Positions 13,501 to 27,200 of a stretch of 64,000 nt of DNA are shown here, one piece after another. Positions within the stretch are counted from its first letter, which is position 1; each line of letters starts with the position of its first letter. A program made the translations under genes and the position numbers. This DNA comes from Raillietiella orientalis (taxonomy: Eukaryota), in contig JAYWIR010000039.1 in NCBI GenBank assembly GCA_036172245.1, positions 1 to 64,000 of the forward strand, in the 5' to 3' direction. The notes beneath the pieces were generated by a model that worked only from the letters and a program-made list of their open reading frames with translations, had not been told where the DNA came from and made no database searches.

Positions 13501-16500
13501 AGAACGGAGTATGGGAGACAGCGGGTTACTCGAAAGAGAAGTCACGGCTGAGCAACTGGCTTTCTTCCCCGGGAGAGTGTCGGTCCATGCGCGCGCGTCT
13601 GGCTGCCGCATCTCCCCTCCGGTGACGTGAAGAGCCTGGTGGAACGGCACGGGAACGCCGCAACGCGTGAGCGTTTTCAGCGAGCCGGTACGCAGCCGCG
13701 CTGAACCCACCCGCTCGCAGGTGGGTCCGCGGACACGTAGGGCCCCCGTGCAAGCCGCACCATTGCGTGCCCTGCATTCTGGATGAAGGGGAAGTCCCAC
13801 TCCTAGTTGCCTTCTTTTCAGGGACAGAGGGGTTCCGAATTACGCTCCCGAGCGCGACTGCAGCTCCCGCGAGATGCCTTCCTCCCGGATGGCTCGCGGG
13901 TGAGGCAGACCGCCTGTCCAGCGGGAGGGAGGCGTCTCTGACTGGAAGCCTTGCCGAGCTGCTTGGGATAGGAGAGAGCAGCCACCTCGTCGGGTGATCA
14001 GCGGCCTAGAAAGGAGTGGAAGTCCTGGAGCGCTGGTGCCTTGTCCGACGACTCTCTTGAGCAGCGTGCAGACAACTGCAGCCACGTCCTCCTAGGTCTT
14101 CTGCGGTGCGGTGCTCCTCGCTATGGCGAGGAGCTACCCGTTCCGTCTGCAGGGCAACCTCCCCCTAGCGAAAGATGCTGTCCGTTCCCCAAGAGTCGTG
14201 TCCGGCGGTTTCGGGATGGCGACCCCGAAGGCGCGAGGTCTCGTGACTCTGTGGGTTCTCCGCAGATTGCAGTCACTCTTCTCTCCGGTAGTTTCTCAGC
14301 TTCTTGCATCATCGGTGGCTCTCCCTGTTGCGGCTGAATCCACCGATGGAACGCGACCCTTCCGGCATCTAAAGGCGCTAATCTCTGACTTTCTTGACGG
14401 CTGCTGAATTTTCCAGAATGCTATGGCTCCATTTCCGCGTATCCACGTCGCACTTCCGGTAAGATGCGCGTTTTCGCCGCGGCCAACTTGAAACCGGACC
14501 CATCTCTCTGGCGTGCCTCCGGAACGCCCACTCCAAAGCGCTGTGCCTTCATCTCCAGCGGCCGCCTCGTGAACTCTTCTTTGCGCTGTTTAACATGGGC
14601 GCCTTCCTGGAGCACTCCGGGTTTGAACGAGGGGCACTCCGCGTGTTCCCTTACTCAAGACCTCTCGGATGATGTAGAGGTCATTTCTGAATAGAGTGCT
14701 CTTCTTCCCAGCTCTAGCGGAAGCTTCACAGGAATTTTTCTATGCCTGCCCTCTCCTCCGCGACGGTAGGCACGACATTGGCGTCCGAAAGGAGCAGTCC
14801 GACGCTTTGCAAGACTCGTTACTGCCCTCCGTGGCATGCCCGTAAAGGGTCCCTCGGTCGACCCTGAGCGGATCTAGGGGCACAGAGGTCGTAGCCAGCT
14901 TTCGGGGTCCTCGCGATCGACTGCCTTGGGGCTGTGCCGCGACCGACTCCATGCTCCACCTTGAGGACTGTTTTTTTTTTTTCCTCTTCTTTGTTCTCTC
15001 CGGGTTCTTTTTGGTTCGCTCAGTGATGAAGAACCGTTGATCTCCTTCGGGGAGGGAAGCAGGCTCACGAAGTCTTTCAACGCCTTCTACGCCACCCGAA
15101 GGTAAGTGAAACTCTTCAAGATAGAGGGCAACCCCGCAAAGACCTCTCTATGAATCCAGGAAGACTTCGGAGGAGTCCGTTCCTCTCTTACCGGGAGGGA
15201 ACCCCGAAGAGACCCCCTTGGTTGTCTCTGAAGGTAACCCCTTCCTTGTTCTCTCCGGAGGGACCCACGGAGGTGGCCACTCCATTATTTCTTCTCCGCA
15301 GGGAACCCTCAAGGGAACCGTTCCTTGTTTCCTCATCTAAAGGGAACCCAAAGGAACGCTTCCCAATCCTTCCAGTTTTTTCTTTTCTTTTTTTTCGCAA
15401 CTATCGGAAGCCTGAAGTATCAGAAAAACACATCCAGGATGTTACTTGCAGGAAGGTATCTCTTTTTTCCCTCTTGTCCACTTCTGTCTCCTCTTGTCCA
15501 GCTGCACTTTTCTACCCTCCTTCCCGCTTGACCATCTCCTTGTCCACCTCCAGCTCCTCCCACTTCTCATGCATCTCCTCCACCCCCTATCTCTCTTCTT
15601 CCTTCTTGTCTACCTCCAGCTCCTCTTCGTTTCATGCAAACGGAGGTGCGATATCTTCGACAGGCTACAGCAACATTCCTGGGGACTCGTGGGGGCTTAG
15701 AAGACCTGCAGACGCCTGTGGGCAACTGTCCGCCCCAAAGCAAAGATTCCGCTGGCCAGAGGAATCCGCATTCGGCCAGGATCCACGCGAATCGCTCCAG
15801 CCGGAGTCGCCTCTCGGAGCAATAGCGCCAGGAAAGGGAACGTCAGACAAGAGCTGTGGGTGCGCGCCCGCTGCCTTACCCCCAATCTTTCCCCCGGCCT
15901 TACTGAAGGGTCCTCGGAAACGCTCGCGAGCGCAGCGGGTCGGACCTGAGGGTGCGGGGACAGCCCGACCCACCAAGGAACGGGACGTTTTCCTGATTCT
16001 TGTAGTGGCTCGTCCCAAGTGAATCTCCGGACTCCAGACAACTCACGTTTCCTTGCTGAAGGGGACGCTGTAGATGCCGTCCTCCTTCCTTCGACCGATG
16101 CGGGAGGAGAAACTGAGAGTCACGTGGTGTGTCTCCTGGACGGTGAAGCCCCCCTCTACGTGGACGATGAAATTGATCTTGTCGTGGTGGTCCGTCGATA
16201 GGATCCTCGGGTTGATCCCTGAGCCCCTCCGCACCTGCACCGAGCCGGGGGTCACGTCGATGTTCTCCCCGGTGTGGAGGACCAGAGGCAGCGCAGAGCA
16301 GTTGACGTTTCCGATGAACAGGTCCAGCTCCAGGCTAGCATGCAGCTCCTCGGAATCGAGGTCGACGTTGTGGACCAGCACGTTGTACAGCAGGGGTCTC
16401 GTGCCGTCGCAGGTCGCAATCAGACCGTCCGCGTTCCTGGTCGTCGTCGGAGGCGGGCCGCTCGGGGTCGATGGGGAAAGGGTCGTCGTCATTGCGGAGG

Positions 16501-16609
16501 TATTGTTGGCGGCAGGGGGAACGGACTTGGGGTACAGGAAGTATGCAAGAAGGGAAGCTGCGACGATCAACATCACGCAGACCACGACCCCCACGATCAC
16601 TTTTCTCAT
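1511..16609 (-). CDS. M1-family (aminopeptidase N-like) type II membrane protein, predicted catalytically inactive; 11 exons, ~832 aa
   Basis: Hand-spliced GT-AG exons with consistent phases: 16609-16047, 13495-13349, 13167-12883, 11002-10841, 10676-10564, 9808-9600, 8848-8402, 8359-8148, 3682-3557, 2584-2500, 1660-1511 (2499 nt, open to TGA). The N-terminal TM helix (VIVGVVVCVMLIVAASLLAYFLY) and Ser/Thr/Pro stalk are followed by M1 landmarks in order: ARKLFPC, GESALFFD, WMESWGYPLISV, GLYHVDYKDNW, YSQLIFD, LAC...C, NMQWL. An extra exon may be missing in the 3683-8147 intron. Confidence 0.85.
3880..3929. repeat. 21-bp tandem repeat, ~2.4 copies (CATCCCTGCGTTCACCCCTGC)
   Basis: Units read directly at 3880-3900, 3901-3921 and partially at 3922-3929. 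Confidence 0.9.
4430..5350 (+). mobile_element. Degenerate Helitron Rep/helicase relic (intronic)
   Basis: Broken-frame motifs occur in the order expected for Helitron RepHel: KETVDKVDG..FSFEQ..RIG (cf. L.TVDG..TF.EA...GL), STDP.K (cf. DP..LW), WEEV.M (cf. WDEAPM), LRVVLPG..RRFGK (cf. LR....PFGGK), IFKLST (cf. L..NMR), FFAW (cf. F..WL). Many stops and frameshifts; similarity judged from memory. Confidence 0.4.
6505..6650 (+). pseudogene. NUMT fragment, ND2-like
   Basis: C/A-rich island. In the invertebrate mitochondrial code it reads LS-W(TGA)-QKLP, then after a frameshift ...IMALTASSIRLL (cf. ND2 WQKLAP...GLNQT.LR.L). Confidence 0.45.
7185..7870. pseudogene. NUMT mosaic (ATP6-, COX3- and ND4-like remnants)
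   Basis: Strongly G/T-skewed segment. Minus strand 7268-7219 reads IIQPIT...AVHLLMT (cf. ATP6 LIQP...AGHLLM). Minus ~7630-7580 reads FTTSNH...AAA (cf. COX3 F...HH.GFEAAA). Plus ~7680-7840 reads PT.NYF.E and ICFCFSALYAL (cf. ND4 PPT.NL.GE and F.A.YSL). Confidence 0.55.
9072..9453. repeat. Degenerate inverted repeat (~70-bp arms), possible old MITE
   Basis: GGAGGGCTCAAGAACCGCTCAATATTCTGGAACGCCTCT at ~9073 matches the reverse complement of ~9415-9453 (GGAGGGCTGAAGAATCCCTCGACATTCAGGGACGCCTCT). The ORF track also gives GGLKN... on both strands here. Confidence 0.65.
11960..12800. repeat. Dispersed GC-rich repeat family, copy A (longest)
   Basis: ~12420-12780 is the reverse complement of 55820-56220 (shared CCCTATCCTGAAGAATTACAC...TTTAAAGAGCCACGT.CGCCGC.AGGCACGCGACCGGCTCTTGAG). 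~11960-12360 matches 31345-31690 (TGGGAGTCGACCT.CGGGTCCTTCCAGGAA; TTCAGAGGAGTGAACAGGAG.GGTTCCCTT). Confidence 0.85.
14960..15370. repeat. Dispersed repeat family, copy B
   Basis: TATGAATCCAGGAAG...GGAGTCCGTTCCTCTC...TGGTTGTCTC is shared with ~56077-56170; TTGGTTCGC...ACGCCACCCGAAGGT...AACTCTTCAAG is shared with ~33105-33210. Confidence 0.75.
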
Positions 16610-17209
16610 GGCACAAAGTTCCCTCCGCGCTGACACACGCGACCACTGCGTTGCCCTCTAAGTCTCCGGGACTGCGATCCTGACTCCCTCTCGCGTATAT
16701 ATGCTTGTGCGTGTACATGTGTGTACCCATGAGCTCGCCGAGACGTGCCTCCCTGATTGCTCACTGCTTGACGCCGATGATTGCCGATCAAATGTTTGTC
16801 TAAGATATGGACGCGCACTTTTCCGGGACACGTCAGATGCCTCCTATCGGGTGCTGCCGACGATGGCCTCGAAGTTTTCAGCTAGACGCCGGTGGCCTGG
16901 CCACCGCTGTCTGTCTCAGGATGCGAACCGAATGCCGGAGGTCCCTGCGACGCGCGATCGAAACGAATGCACGGGAGGCAGGGGTGGGGGAGGAACCCCT
17001 TATTCTTCCTTTTGCATTGCTCCCGCGTGGTTTCGTCAGGAGGGGAGGAAATCTCGCGGTGTTAAACGGATGGACCTTTCTTGGACCGTGCTTGGCAAAC
17101 GCCCTCTGGCGGAAGCACCAGCGCAGAAGCGTCCAAAAACGTAGCGAGGCCGACGAGCCGGTTAGCGATGCGCGTAGTTGGCTTTCGATTCTGTCGGCCG
17201 TCGATGCAG

Positions 17210-17563
17210 TGGTCCCACTCACACATTACTACATTACTTGGAAATAAATAAAAGACTTCTTTTAAATCGTGTGGCTGACGTGAATCTTGCAGACAATCGC
17301 AGTACAACGACTCCGCATCGGCCTCGTGCTTTACAAACGACGGACTTGCAAAGCTTCTCATGGATCACAACGCCGCTGTTAATGCCAAAAGGGACGAAAG
17401 GTCAACTGCGCACCATTTCGCTTCCGCCAATACAAACGGGAAACTGGTCAAACTCCCTTTAGATCACAACGCTTCAAGTGTTTCAGATGAAAGAATAACA
17501 GAGCTTCTTCTGGATCACGATGCTTACATTGATGCCGAAGGTAAAAATAAGGAACGAATGTGA
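17210..17563 (+). pseudogene. Degenerate ankyrin-repeat fragment
   Basis: Consecutive ankyrin-consensus pieces across frameshifts: RLLLNRVADVNLADN, AKLLMDHNAAVNAK...TAHHFA, LVKLPLDHNA, ITELLLDHDAYIDAEGK. No splice structure is evident. Confidence 0.65.
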
Positions 17564-18799
17564 GCAATTTTCCTGTGGACACTGAAAAAATTTTGGCATT
17601 GTATATCGGTTAGCTAACCATTCAAATAAGCTTTCCAGTCATCCGTATTGACATAAATGATTGGATCCTCATCTATACTGATGTTCTTATTATCATTTTT
17701 GCTGGAGCTCTGTGCTCAGTGAATGGAACCACGGGCATAACACAGCTTTGGATGGTCATGCAATTGAATTTCCCCACTTTTGTGCGGAGCATGACGCTAA
17801 TAGTAATCCCTTTTTTCCACTACGTTGCTAATTGATGGTATTTACTTGAGATTTGTGTGTTCGGCACAGGACCTGCCTCTGCGACTGGATGAGCAGGAAA
17901 TGCAGCATTTCGTACGATGTTTCGTACAAAATGAAGCGACGTAAATCGAAGGGAGGCACAGAGGGGGCACCTCACGTGGAAGCGGTGTTCTCATGTGGTG
18001 TGTTTGAGCAGAAGGCATCTTGCATTTGTCACGACCTGTCCCACCGTCATTCCTCTCACAAAGTTCACTCGGTGTTGACCCGGAATGCGTGTCGGTATCG
18101 CGATTTAGCGGCTCGCCCTCGGCAAAAAAAAGGCTGCGTTTTGATACTCAGACTGGAAGCGATGGAGGTCCTGGTGCGCAACACTCTTCTGCATGCGTGG
18201 GTCGCCAGCTTTCATCTGTTGAAAGTGCGATAAGAGTATCATTTGCGTAAATTGACAGATTGGCTCAGTCAACGATGTCAAATTCCGAGACAAATGGCGA
18301 AGGAGACTGGAACACTGGAAAAGTTTTCCTCCGTTATTCGGCGGCGCAGTTCCCCGAAAATAAGGCATTCTCGTTTTGAATACGCCGGTCTTGAGGATGG
18401 CTTGACCGGGTCTTAAAGTTCCACATCGTCTTCTGCATCGAAATGCCTCCGTGCTTCCAGATTTCCGGTGCGCCTCGGTTGCGTAGAAACCAACTGAAAT
18501 TCCAAGAAAATGCGTGAGAAGGATTCGTAAGAGCATCTGCTGCACATTCGCGGAGCATGTGCTCCATGGTACTGTTATTTTAAAGAAAAAAAAAAAGATC
18601 TCTGCAGCCAGTGGGGATCAGTTCATCCTTCCTTTCCGGGGCGATTTAAATATTAACCTATGGTTGTGGCTCTGCTAGGTGATGATACTTCCTTCAAAGA
18701 CAGTGAGCGGAAAATGACGCATCTTGATGATTACGTAACGGCAAGTTATTGGCTTCATTGATTTTGTTTTTTTGGCGTTTGCCTCCTAACGATAAAAGC

Positions 18800-20480
18800 A
18801 GCACAGCATTGCTATCTCTTTCTTCATTCGGACACAAATCAAAACTTCCATCGTTTGCCATTGCTCTAGAAAGTTCATGAAGAAATTAGTAGAAAAAAGA
18901 AACGTCATCAAGCAGTGTATATGTCCAGAAAAGTGCCACATGACACTGAGAGGCTGTATCGGTTACGCTCGTTTGTTGATGATGATCCTTGAGGGCTATT
19001 CATTCCCTCTTCCGGAAACTCAACGATGTAGCATTCTGCGACGCTCGTATCTGATCACGTAATTGTACGTTCAGTCATGAGTGAAAACTCAATGAAAACA
19101 CGTCCATCTTCGATGAGGAGGGGAAGGACGAAGACTGGCTCGCGACAGGCAAGCTAGGCTTGGCTTGGTCCATCAGACTTTTTCTATTTGCATCACAGCA
19201 GGACTTTCGAAACACTTGGCAAATTTCATAGGAATGTAGGATAACGAACTGGGATGAGACCACAAATTTCCGAAAACATCGTAACCTCGACCATCCTTTC
19301 AACCTTTTCACGAACGCATGTCAGAACGGAAGGACGACGTGAGAAGACGAGTGAAAAATGGAGGCTGAATGATTCCAGGAGATTTAGTACCTTGAAACAC
19401 GCATGCCGATTGACCACTTTGCTTACGAATCAAATTTTTCCTCGAGTTTTCCCGCTTCTGAACTGTAGGAGCCATGGTTCTGACCTGTTCTCGCCAGTGC
19501 TGTGCGATTTTCACCAGCTGACCACGTCCACATTCGTAGAGCAGATGCTCTCTTCCGAGTTCTGCTTTTCGTAGAATGACAACTTTGTAGCTGTTGTTAC
19601 GTGCTTTTCGGATTGTCTCATTTTGCTTTTCAGCATTATTCTTTGTAGGTGCTCATCAGTCAAATGGCAAGGCACATCTTCAGAGCATCCAACTCATTCT
19701 CCATACGCGGCGCTCGAGTTTCACTTTTTCATCTCTCATGTCTTTGTCACTGCTTTCTGAGCCAAATGGTGTTTGACAACCGGGCACAAGGCCATTTCAG
19801 TACGAAGCATGGTATGAACCTTCCTCGCTTTTTCCGTTGAAATCCGCGTTTTGGACCACTCTTTCATCTGTTGCCATGCCTTCTGTAACGTGTTTCCTCA
19901 CTTTTCAGCAGCTAATTGAAACACAGCTGAAAATCAGGTGAAATCCGCAGAGTATTTCTTCACCCCAAGGGACTTCATTTGTTCGCCCACTTCTTATTTT
20001 TACATCTTTCAAAGAACCTTGCTGCTCCTGAAGCTTTGATTTTCCTCCCATCTCTTTCGTGATCAGCCAAAAAAAGACAATTGTGAGCAGCAGCTGTAGA
20101 CAAAACTAATGGTGAAATGCTCTTTGTGAGAATGTAAAAAGCCAATTGTCGGGAATTTGAGAATTGGCATTCGGATTGGGATGCAGCTTTGATAGTTCTG
20201 AGATTCTGGGAAGTTGCTATCCTCAAAAGTGCAAAGACAGCTCATCCCTCGGATAAGTCGTGTTTGAGGATTTTGAACAGCGTTTATTACTTTAGGCAGA
20301 GCCATAATGTATAGGCAGATACGTGTCTATTTGGTCTGGTTCTCTTCACGTGTGCAGAACATCAGAGAAAAGATGCAAGGTAATTTGGTTTCTTTGCACT
20401 TTTCTTCTTTGTTCTAATGATACTTTTTACTCCAAAATGGTCCTGCAGGCCCCTCGAAGGTTTAAAAGACAGTTATTATC
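18800..20480 (-). pseudogene. Possible decayed HMG-box gene (HMGXB4-like)
   Basis: Broken frames contain RPNRHVSAYTLW (HMG-box start-like, ~20345-20305), KNKKWANK, VMQIEKV*W and SLSVSCGTFLD (~18960-18925; cf. HMGXB4 C-terminal SGSLSVLLD). Weak, from memory. Confidence 0.25.
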
Positions 20481-21210
20481 AGGAGCAAACGTAAACAAAT
20501 GTCTGAGTGACTGTTCCCTGCAAGCGTGCTCTCACAGAGTGTCAGTGCTCGAGGCCTTTACCTCTGGAAGTCAGAATGAAGCACGCGGAACGGCCCGCGA
20601 AACTGAGCGAACGTGACGCAAGGGGAGCGATGCCCACGCTGGGATCACTGTCAGAATATACTCCTCAAGAAAATAGTGGAAAGCTGCAATGGTAATCACA
20701 TGATGAGAATCTGATCTTGCCACAGTCGAATTGAATGACACCATTCGGTTTGGAGCCTTCCCATCAAACGAACCTTCTTTCGAATCGGGGCACCAGAAAC
20801 GAAGGGAAGATTCGAGATTCAGAGTTGGCATGATGACGCGCTCATCTCAAACGAATAAAACTCCAAGACAAGGAAGCAATAAAAAAAACCAATACTCGAA
20901 GTACTTCAAAACAGTACTAGATATGATCTAAATTACTGCCCTATTTACTCGTTCATTACCACCTCTGCTGTCACATGGGATGACAAAGCCAGCAAACCGT
21001 TGCCTCGGGACTCGGAGGTTCCGTCCACTTTTCCTCGAACTGAATGCCGAAGTAGCGACAGCAACCACTAAGTGAGCATTGCAAGTGCCACAACCAACAT
21101 CAAGATACATTAATAATACGCTTGAACGATTTAAAATCTTTTAAAAACACCTTCGATGGTGTATTTAGTAGTCGGAGCCCGTTATGGCTTGCGCCAACAG
21201 AAAGAGCAAA

Positions 21211-24200
21211 TCATCTCTGAACACTTTTACTTCGCACGATCATTTGTTGGAACAACTTGTTCTTCGGGAAAAATTGGGCCAAAGAGTTCTGGAAGAAAAA
21301 CAGACAGGCATTCACATCGTCGTTGTCTTGGGCAAGTTGCGTGACGAGCAGGAGATCGTTACGTAAAGATTTGAAACTCTTCAGCTGCCGCGCAGAATCT
21401 TCCATATTAGCTATGAGCTTATTATCACCTGTCAGTACCTTCGTCAGAAAGGCTATCAAACAAAGCAAGACGGCACGAAACCTATAACATGTAACAAATT
21501 ATCATCATACATTATTTACACATGCTTACTCATCGGAAAAATGTACTTGTTTTTTAAGAGTGATAGCTGCCAAAAATCCGCCACACGATTTACTGTTCCA
21601 ATTTTTCAAAACTTCAAGGAACGAAAGTAGGTACCTTTCTGAATTTACTGCCTGTTGACATACATAGAGAAAATAATAGCATATAATGTAAATCAATGGA
21701 TCTATGACAATCCTGCAACAAACAGGTGAAAACAATGAGTGGGCAGCACAGAGCTCACCTGGTGCAGTCGATAGAGCCAATCCAAGCTAGAAGATCGGAT
21801 GCCAGATTCGAACAATCAGTTCCATTAGACAGTTCTTTCAGTATATGAAAAGTGAGAACAACAAAGTAGCCATTTTCGCAGCATACAGTAGATGGCTGGG
21901 GATGAAGTGGGAGTTTCAGTGCTAGCTCAGTCCAGTTTGTGATAACTAAGGCAAGCAATAATGAGGATACTAAAAACAGTCACCTGCCTCCATTCTCCAC
22001 ACTAAAGAGCAACAATGCATCCATGACTCTAGCTCTTGTATCCCAAGGAGCGACAATAAAGCAAGATGACAGCATAGAGGACAGGAATTTAGAAGATGTT
22101 GTTGGTAGCCACTTCAGCAGCTGTGTCACTAACATTTCACAAGTTGTACCTGACGTATTGAGCATTCCCAAGAGCTCAGAAGCAAAGATATCAAAGACAT
22201 GGGGATCCTTCACAGATGAAATTTGGTTAAACTCATCAAGGAGATGTTGGAAGCTCGCTTCCAGCAAATGATTATCATGGCACTGTTGCCTGATGCAAGT
22301 TTTAAACACATTGAGCCAACCACATACAAAGGACACCCATTTATCTTGGTCGCTGATGGAGAAAGGAAAACCGGAAAGATGCTGCAGGAATCTCCACATG
22401 GCACCATCAACACTTGGAACTACTTTCTGAAGAATCACAGTAGGTTCGGCTTTCAGAACATAACGATCCATCACAGCTTGAAAGCTTGTCAAACTGATCA
22501 AATGCCAGGGTAGGGATGTAGCATCGAGCAACAATTCCAGGAATCTGTCAGGACTCTACATCTCCATGTTAACACTATTCTCTGGGTGGCTTTACCTCTC
22601 GCACTGCAGTATTCCTTCCCAAAATAAAAAGCAACAACATATAAGTCTCGTAAAGTGATGCCTTATTCTGGATTTGAGAAGAAATCAAAGCATCATTCCA
22701 GGTGATAGCTTTAGGCCAGGGCATCTGGATGCAAATAGAACATAGGAAAATGGCTTGTTCATCAAGAAGGCATTTTTCTAGGACCTAAGCTTACAGATGA
22801 CAGTAAGGGACATGTAACAACAAACAACACACCTTCACAAGGAGATCTAGATCTGTAGGAAGAGGAATAAAATGATCCCATGGAAGTGTTAAAAAGCCAT
22901 GATGAATCACTTGGAAAACAAACGCAGGAATTCCGGCACTTACATAGTTTTCAATGTAAAAAAACAAAACTCGAGAAAGAGTGCCACCAGCTGCCACTGA
23001 AGAGGACATCAAGGTATCACATGATGTTAGCATTACCAACCTGGGATTATGCTGCCCAGAAAACTCACACATCCAGTGAAGGCGCACACCATCAATGTAG
23101 AAAGACTACATTCGGTGCCAATCCAAGGAAACAGCAGCTTTCCTCTATCAGAATGAGCACACAATGGTACCATCCAAGGAACAAAAAGATCCTTTAATAG
23201 AATCCACAACCTATCTAATACTGTTTATGGGTAAAAGCAACTGTAAACTGCAAGACTTACGTTCATCTGACAAACTGCCTCGATCAGCTCTTAATTCCAG
23301 CAACACCAAACCATGACCAATTGCACTTAATAAGTAACTAAGAGGCTTCACCCAGCATCCATATTTCGTATATAGAGAACCATACAATCTTTCTTGGTAA
23401 AAAAAATCAGACAGAAAACGCGAAGATTCCTGGAACTAGTTTCGATCACAAAATCCAAAGAATACAAATAAATTGCGGAACTTACATGAGCAAGAGATAA
23501 TTTTTTCTGGGAATTCACAAAATTATGAACAAACGTGGTATCACCTGGTGGTGGCACAACCTGAGGCATATCCAGACTGACCTGCAGAAAATCATACAAC
23601 TGCTCCTCTTGCAAATGACCAGACTGCATTAGGGAGCATATCTGGTGCAAAAACAAAATGTACATCTCTGGGAATGCGTGAACAAGCAACTGCACCATCT
23701 GTGTTCTGCAGACCTACATTAACTTATAGAGAGAGCATCATGCTAACATTCACTCACTTGCCAAAAGACATGACTTGAAACTTTCAGTTCACACAGCAGT
23801 TTAGTTGAATGTTCTAGGAGTTGCATACGAAGTTCCATAGATGGGTTATTGTGAGCCAACCAAGAGCCAACATCAAACTTTTCTAGTAGACTTACACATA
23901 GTTCAACAACAGCATCACTTTGTGAAGAGCAAGAGTTGACACAAACAATATTGTGTAACTCAAGAAAATTTTGCGTGGAAGAGATATTAGGAATAAAATA
24001 TGCGCCCAAAAACGGAAACTGTTCTGGATAATGTATTAGTACATTTAGAATAGTGAGTAGATATTGTTCGTGGCCCATCAGAAATTCCTGTCATCAAATG
24101 AGCACTTTCGGTTTTTGAATTGTTCTGCTGCTGACCTGTGCAAGCAGTTCTTTGCTGTGATTTAAAAATTGCCTGAAGGGAGAATCCAGCTGATTTTTTA

Positions 24201-27200
24201 AACATGCTAATCTTTCTGCAAGAAGAAACAACAGGCGTATGGCACTCTCTTCTGAGGACTTGGCATGGATCCCTTTGTGAAGAAACACTAGTCGCCTTGG
24301 AAAGCAATCCACTCATGAATAACACACATCAGTTGACAAACCTGGCAACTAATTCCAGTAGGGCTCCACTTTCCAGTTTGCTTGGAGAGAGACGTTTACA
24401 AAGCACTTCTTGTTGGGTCATATATTTTCTTCGATTCTGTTCTAACCTGTCATCAATGGTAGGATTCCTACTGTATTCCAGCATCTTAGATATATATTAA
24501 CGGCAAATAAGTAAACATCTTTCAAATACCTCAGACTGCAGTTGATAAGGTCCAGAGCAGGAAAATGAACATGAACCTTTGAGTGTTAATAAAACAGTCT
24601 GTGAAGAAAACAATAAGCGCAACTGTGTTAGAAAATTGGCATCCAAATCTTGCAATTCCTTCAGATGAACAAGGCACATTCTAACAGAAAATCATAGGAA
24701 GCAATAAGCCTCAGCTTACTCTGAAAAACTTTCTAGTGAGGCAATATATGGTTCCAAAAATGACAGCAGACTTTCTGGGAACAAAAGTGTGACATCTTTC
24801 GAAGATGACAATAGAGCTTGCAACTTCTGTGCCTCAGGAAGTGGCTTGGGACAGCGCATGGCCTTAAGTCTGAAACAAATCTACTAATTACAAGGATATA
24901 AAAATGGAATACAACTTTCACTCAAGAATGTAAACAAATGACAAATTCCGAAATGAAACGAACTTTTCTAGATATGCTCAAACTTACTTTCTTAGAACTA
25001 AGGTAAGCAAGGAATCAGTGGAATGATTATGCTTCTGAGGTGAAGGAAATCTCTGCCGATACCATGAGTTTACAGCATCATTGACATCCTGCAGAATTTG
25101 CTTCTCATTTGTGTAACTAATCCATAAATCCTAGAAGCGAGATTGCCAATACACGCAGGTATATGTAACACCTTATCTCGGTTCAGAACTTTTTGTAAAT
25201 CCCGGGAATTGTATTGAGGAGGTAAAGATGCAAGGTATATAGAGCTATCCTGGAGCTGAGTTTCTTCCAGCCACAACAAGAACGCTTGGAATTTACTTTA
25301 TCAAAGCAATGCCTTCAATTCTAATCAACACATACTTGCACCGATCTTGAGTAGATGTTGATCCATCCTTGGAATAGCATTCTCTCAGGTGCACCACAGC
25401 AAAAGCCAATCTTTCTTTCAACTGCTTCAAATACGTAAATGAAGAACCATCAAAACAACGCCTCGCCCATGCAGAACTATTTACTCCACTATAGAACATG
25501 TAGACAAGAGCTTTCCTACTTTTCAGACATGCGCCCCAGGAGACGGTAGAAAAACTGTTGCCAAAACAACACTAAAATGGGATTATCCACTGGGATATTC
25601 AAGATTTCTTGAACCCACTGAAAAATGGTTAAATTCAGAGAAGATATGGACTGCACGTGCACTTGACTACAAGCTCTCTGCAAATGAAACAACTGTGAAA
25701 ATCATTCAATCAAATAGCACACCTTAAGAGCCTGCTCCAGATCCATGCGGGGATTAGAACCCAACAACTGCAGCAAACTGGACCACAGTCCAGTTTGGTC
25801 TTCCAATTCCATCTCAGCTAACAGACAGAAAAATGTCAGCCATCTGTGAGCAGAATGGTCTTGGCGAGGCAGCAATGACCAAACTACAGTATCTTTGAAA
25901 AACTGACGTAAGAAGCTACCACGTGTAGGACGTACAGGTTTACTATCACAAGACTGGCATCCATAATGCTAAAATAAGATGCCTGACTCACTAAAATCAA
26001 TGAATAGAAAAACTGTCGTAACTCTTGAAGTATGGAGTACCCCTGGGTGGAAGCTGCCATGATGACTTGATCAATACAGTACAGAATACTTGGTTCTGAG
26101 CACCAATCTTTGGGTGTAGTAAGCAACCTTAACCATAGATGGGTAACAGTCCATGCAGATACACAGTGGAACTGCCTCCAGTTGACAACCTGGAATACCA
26201 TCATATCTGCTGCAATGTGCAGAATTGGTTTGGATTGCTTTGTATCATCCTTAGCTGTACCACACTTCTTCATGAACATAAAAATTAGTGACGATATCCT
26301 GTTATGAATGTAATTTAGTTAAATCAAATTACAGGAATGAAAGACTCACCCAGGTAGTGCACAGAGAATTTCCGAACAATCAAAGAATAAGGGGCAAATG
26401 CAATACAGTGATTGTAATGTTGCTTGTGGAGGAGCATGCTGAAGCAGAACCTCCAAAGCTACTGTTCCTTTATCACAGAACTGTGGCACACTATGTCCTA
26501 AAGAAGTGGCTTGCAAAGCCACATAACAGCCAATTGGCATTTTACTGGACACAGCTTGAGCTACAAATTGAGTTATGGGCCCATCTATTTCTGGTATCTC
26601 ATTTAAAAATTGTGGTAGATTGGCAAAAGCATGCAGACGTTTTGTTTCCTCTTGATCCGAGACATGTAAATGAAAGCCAAAAAGAAGTGACCAAATCCAG
26701 TCCCGTGAAGGGGGAAGCTTTTGCATCACATCAGCCTCCACAAGTATAAATGCTATTTGTGATTGCAAAGCAGCATCCAAATGCATTTTTCCGTGAACAT
26801 CAAGAAACCAATTCATAGATCGCAAAACAGAAAATCCCAATTTCATTTCGAGTGAATCTGATGCATAAAGTTGAATCCAATCTCTCAAAATTGCTATGTC
26901 TTTTGCATCTGGATGCCATAAATTCCAGGGTAATCCAGCACACAGATAGGCAGCTCTCTACAATCACCAAGACTGATATCAAACACATATTACATGATAA
27001 TGCTTACATAGATTCTATTGAAAAACTTGAAAATATCTGAAATCAATGCAGATGCATTACCGATTTTTTTACCTTTTTTTTTAAATCGATTTTTAAATCG
27101 ATTAACTTTCCTCCTTTTAAACATTATTGACATAGTATTTCAAACTAACACTCCGAGTTTAAATACATTGAACACAAACAATTCTAAACTTAAATCTAAT

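Noticed and set aside
15430..15630. Ser-rich part of the 290-aa ORF
   Set aside because: Low-complexity pyrimidine tract joined to a repeat copy; intronic.
17850..18240. Cys/His-rich ORF resembling C2H2 zinc-finger remnants
   Set aside because: Ligand spacing does not fit the consensus.
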